A stretch of 64,000 nucleotides of DNA from an uncultured Pelagibacteraceae bacterium (GTDB taxonomy: Bacteria > Pseudomonadota > Alphaproteobacteria > Pelagibacterales > AG-422-B15), in contig CACHAK010000001.1 in assembly GCA_902577765.1 (NCBI GenBank), forward strand, positions 263,040 through 327,039. The letters run 5' to 3'. A program made the position numbers and the translations under genes. The notes beneath the pieces were generated by a model, which saw nothing but the letters and a program-made list of their open reading frames with translations, did not search any database and was not told the origin of the DNA. Below, one piece after another: positions 28,770-41,000 of the stretch (its first letter is position 1; each line of letters begins with the position of its first letter).

Positions 28770-29177
28770 ATGAGTAAAAATAATCCAAATACTGAAGAAA
28801 TACTTGATGCAATTAAAAATATGATGTCGGAAAGTTCTGCTAAACAAGATCAAGAGCTTCCAAAAGACGTTGTTGAACTTACAAATCCTATAAATGAAGA
28901 AACAAATTTAAAAAATGAAAAAATGGATATTTTGGAACTAACAAATCTTTTAAGTGATGAAGATAATATAGTTAAAGAAGAACAAAAGTATACTCAAAAA
29001 CAAAATACTGAAAATTTAATAAACGATGATCAAATTAAAAAGGCTGTAGAGACTGCAATCAAATCAATTCCATCGTCAAGATTAGACGAAATTATAAATG
29101 AGCAGCTTACTAAAATTATTCAAGAACGATTGAAATCTTCAAAAATCATCATTAGCTCAGTAGACAAAAAAAATTAA
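28770..29177 (+). CDS. PopZ-like (DUF2497-like) acidic polar organiser
   Basis: N-terminal NTEEILDAIKNMM resembles the PopZ helix-1 SMEEILASIRRII; acidic middle; sits before valS. Confidence 0.55.
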   Translation: MSKNNPNTEEILDAIKNMMSESSAKQDQELPKDVVELTNPINEETNLKNEKMDILELTNLLSDEDNIVKEEQKYTQKQNTENLINDDQIKKAVETAIKSIPSSRLDEIINEQLTKIIQERLKSSKIIISSVDKKN

Positions 29178-31816
29178 TGTTAGAAAAATATTATCAGCCA
29201 AGTCTTGTAGAAGGTGAGATTTATGAAAAATGGGAGAAGGAAGGTGACTTTCTAGCTTCAACGTCTTCTGATGAAGTTTTTAGTATAGTCATACCCCCGC
29301 CTAATGTAACCGGAACATTGCACATGGGTCATGCTCTAAATAATTCTCTACAAGATATTCTAGTTAGATTTTATCGAATGAATGGCAAAAGTGTGTTGTG
29401 GCAGCCTGGAACTGATCACGCTGGAATAGCGACCGAAATGGTTGTTGAAAGAGAATTAAAAAAAAAGAATATTAGCAAAAAAAACTTATCTCGAGATGAA
29501 TTCATTGGCCATGTCTGGGAATGGAAAGATCAATCAGGGAATCAAATTATAAATCAGCTAAAGCGACTTGGTTGTTCGTGCGACTGGTCTAGAGAAAGGT
29601 TTACTCTTGATGAAGGACTCTCAAGAGCTGTGAGGTATGTATTTGTAAAACTATTTAACGATAATCTTATTTACAAAGATAAAAGATTAAGCAATTGGGA
29701 TCCTAAATTAAAAACAACGATTTCAGATTTAGAAGTAATACAAAAAGAAGTAAAAGGATCACTATGGTACATAGATTATAAAATTGAAAACGAAAATAAA
29801 GTTATAACCATTGCTACAACAAGGCCGGAAACGATGTTGGGGGATACCGCTATTGCTGTACACCCTGATGATTTTAGATACAAAGATTTAATCGGCAAGT
29901 ATGCAATCTTACCGATCATCAATAGAAAAATTATTATAATTGCTGATGATTATGCAAAGATGGATCAAGGCTCTGGGGCTGTAAAAATTACTCCCGCTCA
30001 CGACTTCAATGATTACGAAATTGGTATCAGACATGGTTTGGACGTGATTAATATTTTTAATGAACATGCGCAACTTAACGAAAATTGCCCAAAAGAATAT
30101 CAGAGTCTTGATCGGTTCAAAGCAAGAGAAAAAATTGTAAGTGAGTTGGAAGATATTGGAGCTTTAAATAAAGTTGAAGAGAATATTCATACTGTTCCTT
30201 ACGGTGATAGATCTGGTGAAATTATTGAACCATGGCTTACTGATCAATGGTTTGTCAACGCCAAAGAACTATCGAAAAGCGCTATTGAGAAAGTAAAAAC
30301 AAAAGAAACTAAATTTATACCTCAAAGTTGGGAAAAAACATATTTTGAGTGGATGGAAAATATTCAGCCATGGTGTATATCTAGACAATTAATGTGGGGC
30401 CACCAAATACCTGCATGGTATGGTCCAGATAACAAAATATTTGTCGCGGAAAATTTTGAAGAGGCGAAAATAAAAGCGAGAGAGTATTACAAAAAAGACG
30501 AAATTTTAGTTCAAGATGAAGATGTTCTTGACACATGGTTTTCTTCAGCTCTCTGGCCTTTTTCAACTTTGGGTTGGCCTGATAAAACTCCTGAACTAGA
30601 AAAATTTTATCCAACATCAACTCTTGTTACTGGTTTTGACATTATATTTTTTTGGGTTGCTAGGATGATGATGATGGGATTGTATTTTACAAAAGAAATT
30701 CCATTCAATGAGGTATATGTTCATGCATTAGTTAGGGACGAAAAAGGGCAAAAAATGTCTAAATCAAAGGGCAATGTAATTGACCCACTAGTTCTAATGG
30801 ATGAATTCGGAGCAGATGCATTAAGAATGACACTTTGTTCAATGGCTGCTCAGGGTAGAGATATTAAGCTTTCAAAGCAAAGAGTGGAAGGCTATAGAAA
30901 TTATATCACTAAAATATGGAATGCGGTTAAATTGTGCGAAATGTACAATTGTTCATATCAAGATTTTAATATTAAAAGCACTGTGAATATTTTTAACCTG
31001 TGGATATTAAATGAACTTGAAATCTGTAGGGAAAAAACAGAAAAAGCCATTAAAAATTATAGATTTAACGAAGCAGCAAATGAACTTTACAAATTTACCT
31101 GGAGTGTCTTTTGTGATTGGTACCTAGAATTTACAAAAGTAATTTACATGTCAAACAAAGAAATTGAAGTTAAAGAAACAAGGCATATTACTTCTTTAGT
31201 TATAACAAATATATTAATTATGCTTCACCCAATAATGCCCTTTTTTACAGAACATGTATGGGACAAAGGATCTAAAGTTTTAAACAAACAAACTGAACGT
31301 ATTTCTCAATCTACATGGCCTAAAAAAATAGATTTTAATATGCTAGAAGGAACCAAGGTAAACTCACTTATTAATTTAATTTCATCGATAAGATCTACAA
31401 GATCTGAATTAAATGTTCCACTAAAGTCAAAAGTTAAAATTAATTATTGGAATGTAAGCGCTGGTTTAGAGAAATTAATTGAGAACAATAAAGATATTCT
31501 AATTTTTCTTACTAGATCTGAGTCATTTGAAAAAAGAGAATTTTCTAAAGATGAAGGAATGGTTCAGGTAATATTCAACGATGGATTGATATATTTATCT
31601 CTTAAGGATATTATTGATTTGAAACAAGAAAAAGAACGGTTAGAAAAGACTCTTAAAAAAATAGATTTTGAAATAAGTAAAATTCAGAATAAATTAAATA
31701 ATGAGAATTTTATTAATAATGCCCCTGAAGAAATAATTTTAGAGCAAAAAGAAAGAAAAGAAGAATATCAATTATCAAAAGAAAAAATTTCTAAGACAAT
31801 AGAAAGTTTAAAATAA
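29177..31816 (+). CDS. valS: Valyl-tRNA synthetase
   Basis: PPPNVTGTLHMGH, WCISRQLMWGH, KMSKSKGN, C-terminal coiled coil. Confidence 0.97.
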   Translation: MLEKYYQPSLVEGEIYEKWEKEGDFLASTSSDEVFSIVIPPPNVTGTLHMGHALNNSLQDILVRFYRMNGKSVLWQPGTDHAGIATEMVVERELKKKNISKKNLSRDEFIGHVWEWKDQSGNQIINQLKRLGCSCDWSRERFTLDEGLSRAVRYVFVKLFNDNLIYKDKRLSNWDPKLKTTISDLEVIQKEVKGSLWYIDYKIENENKVITIATTRPETMLGDTAIAVHPDDFRYKDLIGKYAILPIINRKIIIIADDYAKMDQGSGAVKITPAHDFNDYEIGIRHGLDVINIFNEHAQLNENCPKEYQSLDRFKAREKIVSELEDIGALNKVEENIHTVPYGDRSGEIIEPWLTDQWFVNAKELSKSAIEKVKTKETKFIPQSWEKTYFEWMENIQPWCISRQLMWGHQIPAWYGPDNKIFVAENFEEAKIKAREYYKKDEILVQDEDVLDTWFSSALWPFSTLGWPDKTPELEKFYPTSTLVTGFDIIFFWVARMMMMGLYFTKEIPFNEVYVHALVRDEKGQKMSKSKGNVIDPLVLMDEFGADALRMTLCSMAAQGRDIKLSKQRVEGYRNYITKIWNAVKLCEMYNCSYQDFNIKSTVNIFNLWILNELEICREKTEKAIKNYRFNEAANELYKFTWSVFCDWYLEFTKVIYMSNKEIEVKETRHITSLVITNILIMLHPIMPFFTEHVWDKGSKVLNKQTERISQSTWPKKIDFNMLEGTKVNSLINLISSIRSTRSELNVPLKSKVKINYWNVSAGLEKLIENNKDILIFLTRSESFEKREFSKDEGMVQVIFNDGLIYLSLKDIIDLKQEKERLEKTLKKIDFEISKIQNKLNNENFINNAPEEIILEQKERKEEYQLSKEKISKTIESLK

Positions 31817-31819
31817 ATA

Positions 31820-33535
31820 ATGAAGTTTAATAAAAATAAATTACCTAGTCGCCATGTGTCGGTTGGACCCGAAAGAGCTCCTCATCGATCATATTATTAT
31901 GCTATGGGCATGAATGAGGAGGATATTAATAAGCCATTTGTTGGAGTTGTTTCAACTTGGAATGAAGCAGCGCCCTGTAATATTGCATTAATGCGTCAAG
32001 CGCAATCTGTTAAAAAAGGAGTTACAGAGTCGGAAGGTACGCCAAGAGAATTCTGCACAATTACTGTGACTGACGGTATTGCAATGGGTCATCAAGGAAT
32101 GAAATCGTCTCTTGTTTCAAGAGAAGTAATAGCTGACTCTACTGAGTTAACTGTGAGGGGCCATTGTTATGATGCAATCGTTGGACTTGCAGGTTGCGAT
32201 AAATCTCTTCCAGGTTTAATGATGGCAATGTGTAGACTAAATGTTCCGAGTGTTTTTATGTATGGAGGTAGTATTTTGCCAGGAAAATATAAAGGCAAAG
32301 ACGTAACAGTTGTTGATGTATTTGAAGCGGTTGGAAAATACTCATCTGGTAATGCGACCGAAGAGGAACTTCACGAACTTGAATGTGTTGCCTGTCCAAG
32401 CGCTGGAGCTTGCGGTGGTCAATTCACCGCTAATACAATGGCCTGCGTTTCGGAAGCCATTGGCTTGGCGCTTCCATATTCTTCAGGCGCACCAGCGCCT
32501 TATGAAGAAAGGGACAAATATGCTTACGAGTCTGGAAAGCAAGTAATGCAGTTAATTGAAAATAATATAAGACCTCGAGATATAGTAACCAGAAAATCTC
32601 TTGAGAACGCAGCTACCATTGTTGCAGCTACTGGAGGCTCAACAAATGCTGGTCTTCATCTTCCAGCTATTGCTCATGAGTGTGGTATTAAATTTAATTT
32701 AGATGATGTAGTCGAGATATTTAAGCGCACCCCTTATCTTGCTGATTTAAAGCCAGGTGGCCAATATGTGGCAAAGGATGTTTATGAAGCAGGCGGAGTT
32801 CCAATTATAATAAAAACCTTGCATGAAGGTGGGTATATTCATGGCGACTGTTTAACAGTTACTGGAAAGACGATTGCAGAAAATTTAAAATCTGTGATCT
32901 TTAATGATGATCAAAAAGTTATTCGACCATATAGCAATCCTCTTACACCTACTGGAGGCGTTGTTGGTTTGAAAGGTAATTTGGCACCAGAAGGTGCAAT
33001 TGTTAAAGTTGCTGGAATGGAAAATTTAAAGTTTCAGGGAAAAGCAAAATGTTTTGATTGTGAAGAAGACGCATTTGATTGTGTAAAAAACGAAGATTAC
33101 AAAGAGGGCGATGTATTTGTTATTCGTTACGAAGGTCCAAAAGGAGGGCCTGGAATGCGTGAAATGCTTGCAACTACAGCTGCTATATACGGGCAGGGCA
33201 TGGGTGATAAAGTAGCTCTAATAACTGACGGTCGGTTTAGTGGCGCTACACGGGGCTTTTGTGTTGGGCATGTATCCCCCGAGGCTGCTGTTTGCGGACC
33301 CATAGCTCTTATTGAAGATGGAGATAATATAATATTGGATGCTGAAAAAGGTGAAATACGGCTAGATGTTTCTGAAGAAATCCTTGTGACTAGAAAAAAA
33401 TCATGGAAAGAGCGAAAAACTGACTTTAATTCAGGAACTCTTTGGAAATATAGTAAAACTGTGGGTTCCGCCGCAAATGGAGCGGTCACACATCCTGGTG
33501 CCGAGGAAGAAACCCATACTTATGCAGAAATTTAA
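31820..33535 (+). CDS. ilvD: Dihydroxy-acid dehydratase
   Basis: [41 protein letters not shown]. Confidence 0.96.
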   Translation: MKFNKNKLPSRHVSVGPERAPHRSYYYAMGMNEEDINKPFVGVVSTWNEAAPCNIALMRQAQSVKKGVTESEGTPREFCTITVTDGIAMGHQGMKSSLVSREVIADSTELTVRGHCYDAIVGLAGCDKSLPGLMMAMCRLNVPSVFMYGGSILPGKYKGKDVTVVDVFEAVGKYSSGNATEEELHELECVACPSAGACGGQFTANTMACVSEAIGLALPYSSGAPAPYEERDKYAYESGKQVMQLIENNIRPRDIVTRKSLENAATIVAATGGSTNAGLHLPAIAHECGIKFNLDDVVEIFKRTPYLADLKPGGQYVAKDVYEAGGVPIIIKTLHEGGYIHGDCLTVTGKTIAENLKSVIFNDDQKVIRPYSNPLTPTGGVVGLKGNLAPEGAIVKVAGMENLKFQGKAKCFDCEEDAFDCVKNEDYKEGDVFVIRYEGPKGGPGMREMLATTAAIYGQGMGDKVALITDGRFSGATRGFCVGHVSPEAAVCGPIALIEDGDNIILDAEKGEIRLDVSEEILVTRKKSWKERKTDFNSGTLWKYSKTVGSAANGAVTHPGAEEETHTYAEI

Positions 33536-33573
33536 GTAAAAAATATTAAAAAATATACGACGAATCGTGGTTG

Positions 33574-33599
33574 AAATAGCTTGTATATAGCTATTTTTT
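33574..33599 (+). terminator. Weak hairpin after ilvD (terminator or operator)
   Basis: AAATAGCT-tgtatat-AGCTATTT perfect 8-bp inverted repeat followed by T run. Confidence 0.4.
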
Positions 33600-33647
33600 A
33601 GATGATAATTTTCATTATTTATTAGCAAATTGATTAGGGAGTCCAAA

Positions 33648-34991
33648 ATGAATCTATTGCTCAAAAAAACAGCACTATCTCTAACTGCTGTTATGACTTT
33701 TTTAATTTTCTCAATACCATCTTCAAATGCAGAAAGACTGTCTTCAATGGTAGAGCAAATATTATCTTCTCACGAAGACATTGTTAATTCCAAGAAAGAG
33801 GTTGAGGAAGCATCAAGAGATGTTACCGATGCACTTTTAGTTTATGCTCCTGACTTGTCAGTAAAATATGAGGCTGGTCAAAATGACAAATATAATGCCT
33901 CTTCAAATTCTCAAATAGATGGCTTTGACACTTTTGATTGGACTTGGAAACAGAAAATAATGGACTCAGGTGCTTCCATGGCAGATGTAAGAAATAAAAG
34001 AATAGCTTTAGAGAAAAAGGAACTTGAATTTATTTCTGCTCGTAATGATCTTTTAATTGAAGCTGCGGATGCTTATCTTGGATTAATTAAAGCATCAGAA
34101 AAATTGGAGGCATCAGTCGCAGCTGAAGAAAATACAAGACAAACAACTGGTCAGGAAGAAATCAGAGTTCAAGTTGGCTCTGGATTGGCATCGGATGTTT
34201 TAAAGGCAAAAAGACAATTAGCGAGTGCACAAAAAACAGTTATTACAGATGAAAAAAGTTTTAAATCTGCAATCTATACTTACGAAAAACTTTTTAATGT
34301 AGACGATGTTAATGTTAACAGTTTAACCAAACCTAGACTTGCAGCATCTACAATCTCGATGGTTCCAAAATCTATGGAGGCAACTGTTGTAATGGCATTA
34401 TCCGGAAATCGTGACTTACAAATCGCCAAAATTGATGTTGAGACCGCAAAAAATGATCTTGCTTCAGCTCTAGCTAATTTTGGCCCAACAGTTGATGCAG
34501 AAGCTAAATACTCAGATAAGAATGATGCCTCTCACACAGGAGGAAGTCATTATGAAGAGCAGATTAAAGTTACTGTGGAATTTCCAATTTCTGGTTTTTA
34601 TATGGAAATGCCAGGTTATTTAAACGATCGTTCTGCATTGGATAGAGCTATTAATGATTTAGCTCTGAAAGAACGTGATACAGTTAAAGCTGCAAAAGAT
34701 GCCTGGGTTGAGTATGCAAATGCAAGAACCATGCTTTCTTACAGTGAGAATGAGGCGACTATTGCTAAAGAACTTTTATCAATTGCTCAAAAAGAAAGAG
34801 CTGCTGATCAAACAGATGCTGCCGCAGTGCTAGCAGCTGAGGAAGCATTAGAAGGCGCTCTAAAAGATTTATCTGATGATAGCATGGCCCTACTAACAAC
34901 TGTGTATGAAATTTTAGATGTTATTAATTTGCTTGAGCCAGATATGGTTGAAGAAAGTGTAAGAGAAGGCACATTTAATACATCATCATAA
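33648..34991 (+). CDS. TolC-family outer membrane channel of a T1SS
   Basis: Signal peptide, duplicated OEP-type repeat (ADAYLGL...SDVLKA; DAWVEY...AAVLAAE); ATG 33648 after GGGAG; precedes substrate-ABC-MFP. Confidence 0.85.
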   Translation: MNLLLKKTALSLTAVMTFLIFSIPSSNAERLSSMVEQILSSHEDIVNSKKEVEEASRDVTDALLVYAPDLSVKYEAGQNDKYNASSNSQIDGFDTFDWTWKQKIMDSGASMADVRNKRIALEKKELEFISARNDLLIEAADAYLGLIKASEKLEASVAAEENTRQTTGQEEIRVQVGSGLASDVLKAKRQLASAQKTVITDEKSFKSAIYTYEKLFNVDDVNVNSLTKPRLAASTISMVPKSMEATVVMALSGNRDLQIAKIDVETAKNDLASALANFGPTVDAEAKYSDKNDASHTGGSHYEEQIKVTVEFPISGFYMEMPGYLNDRSALDRAINDLALKERDTVKAAKDAWVEYANARTMLSYSENEATIAKELLSIAQKERAADQTDAAAVLAAEEALEGALKDLSDDSMALLTTVYEILDVINLLEPDMVEESVREGTFNTSS

Positions 34992-35040
34992 CAACTTGAA
35001 AGGTAATATTTACGGTTATAATTTTAGAAAGGAATATTAG

Positions 35041-38000
35041 ATGCCAGTAACGCCAGCAGAAGCACAAGAGTTTTTTCAAGAGGTTGCCGCCGCAGGCTCT
35101 CCTGAGGAACAACAGGCATTAATACAAGATTATGCTGCCAATAATGACAATCCAGATGAGATGTTGGCAGCAGTCGTACAAGCCAATCCTGCTGCTGCTC
35201 AACAAATTGCAACCGTAACTGCACAGGCAATCCCAGAACAGGCAGCCGAAATTGCTGGCGCAATCGCTGCTGCAGCACCACAAACTGCTAATGCAACTGC
35301 CGCTGCAATGGCGAGTGCAGCACCTGATATAGCAGAAGACGTTGCTTCTGATGTTGTTCAAAATGCTCCAGCAGCTGCTGGCGCTGTCGCTGCCTCACTT
35401 ACTCAAATTAATCCAGAAGGTGCCGCTGAAATGGCTGCAGCTATTGCTGAAGTTGCTCCTGCAGCTGCGGGCGCTGTTGCAAGTGCTGTTGCACAAGCTG
35501 CACCTGAACATGCTGTAGATGCTGCTGCATCAATGGCCGCTGCTAACCCTGCTGCTGCAAGTGGAGCTGCAAGTGCTGTTGCTGCCGCTGATCCTGAAGC
35601 CGCTTCCCAAGTTGCAACTGCAATGGCTCAGGCCGCACCCGAAGCTGCCGCAGCTGTTGCTGCCGGAGTTGCATCTGGTGTTGCACAAGCTGCTATTGCA
35701 GAAGTTAATCAAGAAACCGCTCAAGAAAATGCTCAAGCTCAAGCAGATGCACAGTCCCAAGTAGCTGAAGTTGGTCAGGAAGGATTATCCGATATCCAAG
35801 GTGATTTACAAGAGACATTATTAGAAAACAATCAAGCAGGTCAAGAAGCTGCACTTGAAGCATCACAAGCTGCAACACAAGAAATTATTGCTGAAATGAT
35901 ACAAATGAATCCTGATGCTGCTGCTGAAATTATTGCCGGTACTGCTGCATCAAATCCAGAAGCCGCTGCTGAAATGGTTCAAGAAATGATGGCATCAAAT
36001 CCTGAGGGAGCTGTTGAATTATGTGCTGATATAGCTGAGGCAAACCCAGCCGCCGCTGCGCTAGCCACAGAAGCAATTATTGAAGCTGCTCCAGAGCAAG
36101 CAATTGAAGCAACCGCTGCCATGGCTGAAGTTGCACCTGCTGCTGCGGGAGCCGCTGCTGAAGTGATGGCAGAATTAGCGCCTGATCAAGCAGGTGATGC
36201 TGCAATTGCAATGCAAGAAGCTGCACCAGAAGCGGCTGCTGCAATTGCTGGTGGAGTTGCACAAGGTAATCCAGATGTTGCTGCAGATGTTGCATCAGAA
36301 ATGGCTGCTGCTGATCCTGAGGCCGCTGCCGATATTGCAACTGGAGTTGCTGTTGCTGCACAAGCAAATGCCGCTCAAGAAGTTGCCGCTGCTCAGGCTG
36401 AGGCACAGGCACAAATTGCTGAGGCAAGTGCAGACTTGCAGGCTGATTTAACATCTGACGATCCAAACGTAGTAGCTCAAGCTCAAGCGGCAATAGCTGA
36501 GGTACAAGCTGCTGCTCAAGAAACGATTGCTGAAGCGCAAGGTGCTGCAGCAGAAGTTGCACAAGAATTAGCTGGCGATATTGCTGGCGCAATGATGGAA
36601 GCCAACCCTGAAGCAATTGGAGACATCGCAGAACAAATCGCCGAGTCAGCTCCTGGAGCTGCAGAGGGAGTTATGGGAGCAATTGCAGAAGTTGCACCTG
36701 AACAAGCAGTAGATGCCGCTGCAACAATGGCTGATGCCAATCCTGCAACCGCGGGTGCTGCGGTTGGAGCAGTTAGTGAAGCTTTACCTGAATTAGCTAC
36801 TGAGGCTGCTGTCGCTATGGCTGAAGCTGCGCCAAGTGCTGCTGCAAATATTGCTGCAACTGTTGCTCAAGCCAATCCAGAAGCCGCTACAGAAATTGCA
36901 AGCGAAATGGCAGCTGTGGCTGCTGGAAATGAAAACTTTTCTCAAGATGAAGCATTAGCTATGCAAACTGCAATTGCAACACAAGTTGCAAGTGCGGCAC
37001 CTGAAGCTGCAGCAGAAGTTGCTGGAGCAATGGTCGAAGCTATGACGGCCGTTGACGGTAACGCAAGTGATGGTGCTCTCGCAGAAGCAGCTGCCGCAAT
37101 GACAGCAAACGTTGCATCTGCAGCAACTATTGCTGATCCAGAAGGCGCAGCTGAATTAGCTGGAACGATGATGGAGCAAATGGCCGAGATTCCTGGAATT
37201 GAACCTGAGGCCCTTGCTGAAACTGGTGCTGGAATGACTGCTAATATGGCATCTGCTGCTGTACAAGCGGATCCAGAAGGAGCTGCAGATTTAGCTGGAG
37301 CGATGATGGAAGTTATGGCTGACATTCCAAATGTACCAGAAGAATTTGATATGGCCGGGCAAATGGCTGATATGACAACTGCAATTGCTACACAGGCTAC
37401 AGCTGCTGCTCCCGACCAGGCTGCAGAATTAGCTGGAGCGATGATGGAGCAAATGGCTGAGATACCTGGCGCTCCTGCAGATTTTGACCCTGCAGAACAA
37501 ATGGCTGAAATGACAGCAAACATTGCAACTGCTGTTGCAGCTGCAGACCCTGAAGCCGCAGGTGAAATTGCAGGTCAGATGATGGAACAAATGGCTGAGA
37601 TACCGGGAGTATCACCTGAAGATATGGCGGACTTTAACGCTGACATGGCAGCACAAGTTGCGCAAGTTGCACCTGAAACCGCAGGAGAAGTTTTGGGAGC
37701 AATGGCTGCCGCTGATCCAGGAGCTGCTGCTGAACTAGCAACTGCAATGGCAGAAGCAAACCCTGCTGCGGCTGGTGAAGCGATGGCGGGACTTGCTGAA
37801 GCTGCACCTGAACTTGTCGCAGATGTAGCCGGAGCTGTTGCTGAAGCTGCACCGGAATTATCGGGAGCACTAGCTGCTGGAGTTGCATCGGGTAATCCAG
37901 AAATTGCTGCTGAAGCTGCTCTTGCATTAGCGGAAGCTAACCCTGATGCTGCTGCACAAATTGCTGCAAGCACTGCTGCTGCAAATCCAGAATTTGCTGC

Positions 38001-41000
38001 TGAAGTAACAGCTGCGATGGCTGACGCCAACCCAGACGCTGCGGCTGACATGGCTGCTGCTGTAGCCCAATTTGCACCTGATGCTGCTGCATCTGTTGCA
38101 TCTGAACTTATTTCTAATGACCCTGAAGCTGCGGGTGAACTTGCAGCTGCAATGGCCGAAGCAAATCCAGCTGCTGCCGGAGATATTGCTGGTGCATTAA
38201 TGGAGTCAGCACCCGAACAAGCTGTAGCTGCTGCTGCAGCAATGGCCGAGGCTAGTCCTGCTGCCGCTGCATCTGCAGCACAAGGCATGGCGGCTGTTGT
38301 AGCAGACGCTGGTTTCTTTGATGGTGGAAGCGCTGACATAGCAACTCAAGCCGCTGCTGCAATGGCAGAAGCTGCACCAGAAGTTGCTGCTTCAGTTGCT
38401 GCGGGTATTGCTAGTGGTAATCCTGAAATGGCCGCTGATGTTGCTGTTGCAATGGCAGAAGCTGCACCTGATTCCGCATCCGCAATCGCAGGTGGAATGG
38501 CAAGAAGCGCACCTGATGCTGTTGGTGATGTTATCGGAGCAATGGCCGATGCCAATCCTGAGGCTTTAAATGATATTGCAACAGGAGTTGCACAAATTGC
38601 ACCAGCTGCCGCTGGCGATGCAATGGCTGCTGTTGTAGACGCTAACCCTGAAGCTGCAGTTGCTGCTGCAACTGCAATGGCTGCCGCTAATCCTGCAGCC
38701 GCACAAGATATTACTGCCGCAATAATAGAAGTCGACCCTGGCGCTGCTGCGGATACTGCCGCTGCATTAGCAGAAGCTGTACCTCAAGCTGCTGGGATGA
38801 TTGCAGCGGGCGTTGCAGAAGCTGCACCTGAAGCTGCTGCTGATGTGGCTGGCTCACTTGCTGAAGCCAATCCAGCTGCTGCTGCGCTAATCGCTACTTC
38901 TGTTGCACAGGCTGCACCAGAACTTGCTGGAGATATTGCTGCTGATATGGCCGAGGTAAATCCTCAAGCTATGGCTGGAGCTGTTGCAAATATTGCAGCA
39001 ACCGTTGCTGCTTCAAATCCAGACTTGGCTGCGGATATTGCGGGAGATATGGCCGCTATTAACCCTAATGCCGCTGGAGCAATTGCAAATGTTGTTTCGG
39101 CTCAAGCTCCAGAAGCTGCAGCTGAAGCTGCCGCTGCTTTGATACAAGCTAACCCAGATGCTGCTGGAGCAATCGCCGCTGGGGTTGCTGCTCAAGCACC
39201 AGAGGCTGCTGCTGATGCTGCTTCTGCTCTGGTTGAGGCAAATCCAGATGCTGCCGCCGCTATTGTAGGTGGGATGGCAAATGCAAATCCAGACGCAGTT
39301 GCTGATGTTGCTGGAGCTATGATGGAAGCTGCACCGGAAGCTGCCGCTGCTATGGCTGGTGCTGTAGCGCAAGCTGCTCCTGAAATGGCGGGAGATATGG
39401 CCGCTGCAATTGCTGAGAGTAATCCTGAACTAGCCGTTGAGGCTGCTGCTGCTATGGCTGAAGCCAATCCTGCTGCTGCACAAATGGCTGCAGAAGGAAT
39501 GATGGAAGCTGCACCTGAGCTTGCTGCTGATGCAGCAAATGCAATGGCTGCTGCTGCACCTGAAGCTGCTGCTGATATTGCAGGTGGAATGGCAATGGCT
39601 AACCCTGATGCTGCCGCTGATATTGCTGGTGCGATGGTTGCAGCTAATCCTGATATTGCAGGTGATATTGCAACTGGTGTTGCTATGGCTGCTCCGGTTG
39701 CCATGGAAAATGTTGCAAATACTTTAATAGAATCAAACCCTGAAGCGACAGCGACGATGGCTGCGGTCCTTGCAGAAACTGCACCTGGTGCTGCTGACAA
39801 TATGATGAGTTCTGTTGCTGAATTAAATCCTGAAGCAGCATTGGCTGTTGCTGGTGCGATGGCTGAAGCAAATCCAATGGCTGCTGAGGGCACTGCGGGT
39901 GCAATCGCTGATGCATTGCCAGATATCGCTGCTGATGCAGCTGGTGCTATGGCTGCTGCTAATCCAGACGTTGCTGGAGATATTGCTGCCGGTATGGCTG
40001 GATCAAATCCAGAAATTGCTGGAGATATCGCTGGAGCAATGATGGATGCCGCTCCTGAGGCTGCTCAAGGAATTGCTCAGGGTATTGCTGCTGCTGCACC
40101 TGATCAAGCCGCTGAGGTTGCAGGGGCGATGGCTGAGGCAAATCCAGAATTTGCTGGTGATATTGCTGGAGGTATGGCTGCGGGAGATCCAGGACAAGCT
40201 GCTGATATAGCAACTGCAATGGCAGCTGCAAATCCTGAAGCTGCTGCTGATATTGCAGGAGGTGTTGCAGAGTTTGCACCGAGTGCTGCTGGAGATGTTG
40301 CGGGGGCGATGGTTGAAGCAAACCCTGAAGCTGCTACAGATATGGCTGCTGCGATGGCTGAAGCGAACCCAATTGCCGCAGGAGCTGCAATGGGAGCAAT
40401 GGCTGAAGCTGCTCCAGAAATTGCTGCAGATGCTGCAAGCGCAATGGTTGCTGCAAATCCAGATGCTGCTGGTTTAGCTGCGCAGAGTTTAGCAGATGCA
40501 GCTCCTGAATTGGCTGCTGATGCTGCAACTGCAATGATGGAAGCTGCGCCAGATGCTGCTGGTGCAATTGCCGGAGGAGTTGCTAGAGGTGACGCTGATA
40601 TTGCTGCTCAAGTAGCAACAGATATGGTTAATGCCAATCCAGAATTAATGGGAGATATTGCAGGAGGTGTTGCGCAAATGGCTCCTGGCGCTGCCGGTGA
40701 TGTGGCCGGAGCGATGGTTGATGCAAATCCAGATGGCGCTGCTGATATGGCTGCCGCTGTAGCTGAAAATGTTCCTGGTGTTGCCGGTGCTGTAGCTGGA
40801 GCTATAGCAGAAGCGGATCCAGCTCTTGCTGCTGAAGCTGCTGGTGCGATGATGGAAGCTAATCCCGCTGCTGCCTCTGCGGCTGCTGCAGGTATGGCCA
40901 ATGCAGCTCCTGAAGTTGCAGGTGATGTTGCGGGCGCCATGATGGAAGTTGCAATGGACCCTGAATTTGCAACAGACTTTGCAGAAAATGCAGCAACTGC

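Noticed and set aside
33600-33620. GATGATAATTTTCATT as a Fur box upstream of tolC
   Set aside because: Spacing does not fit 7-1-7 or 9-1-9 and the background is very AT-rich
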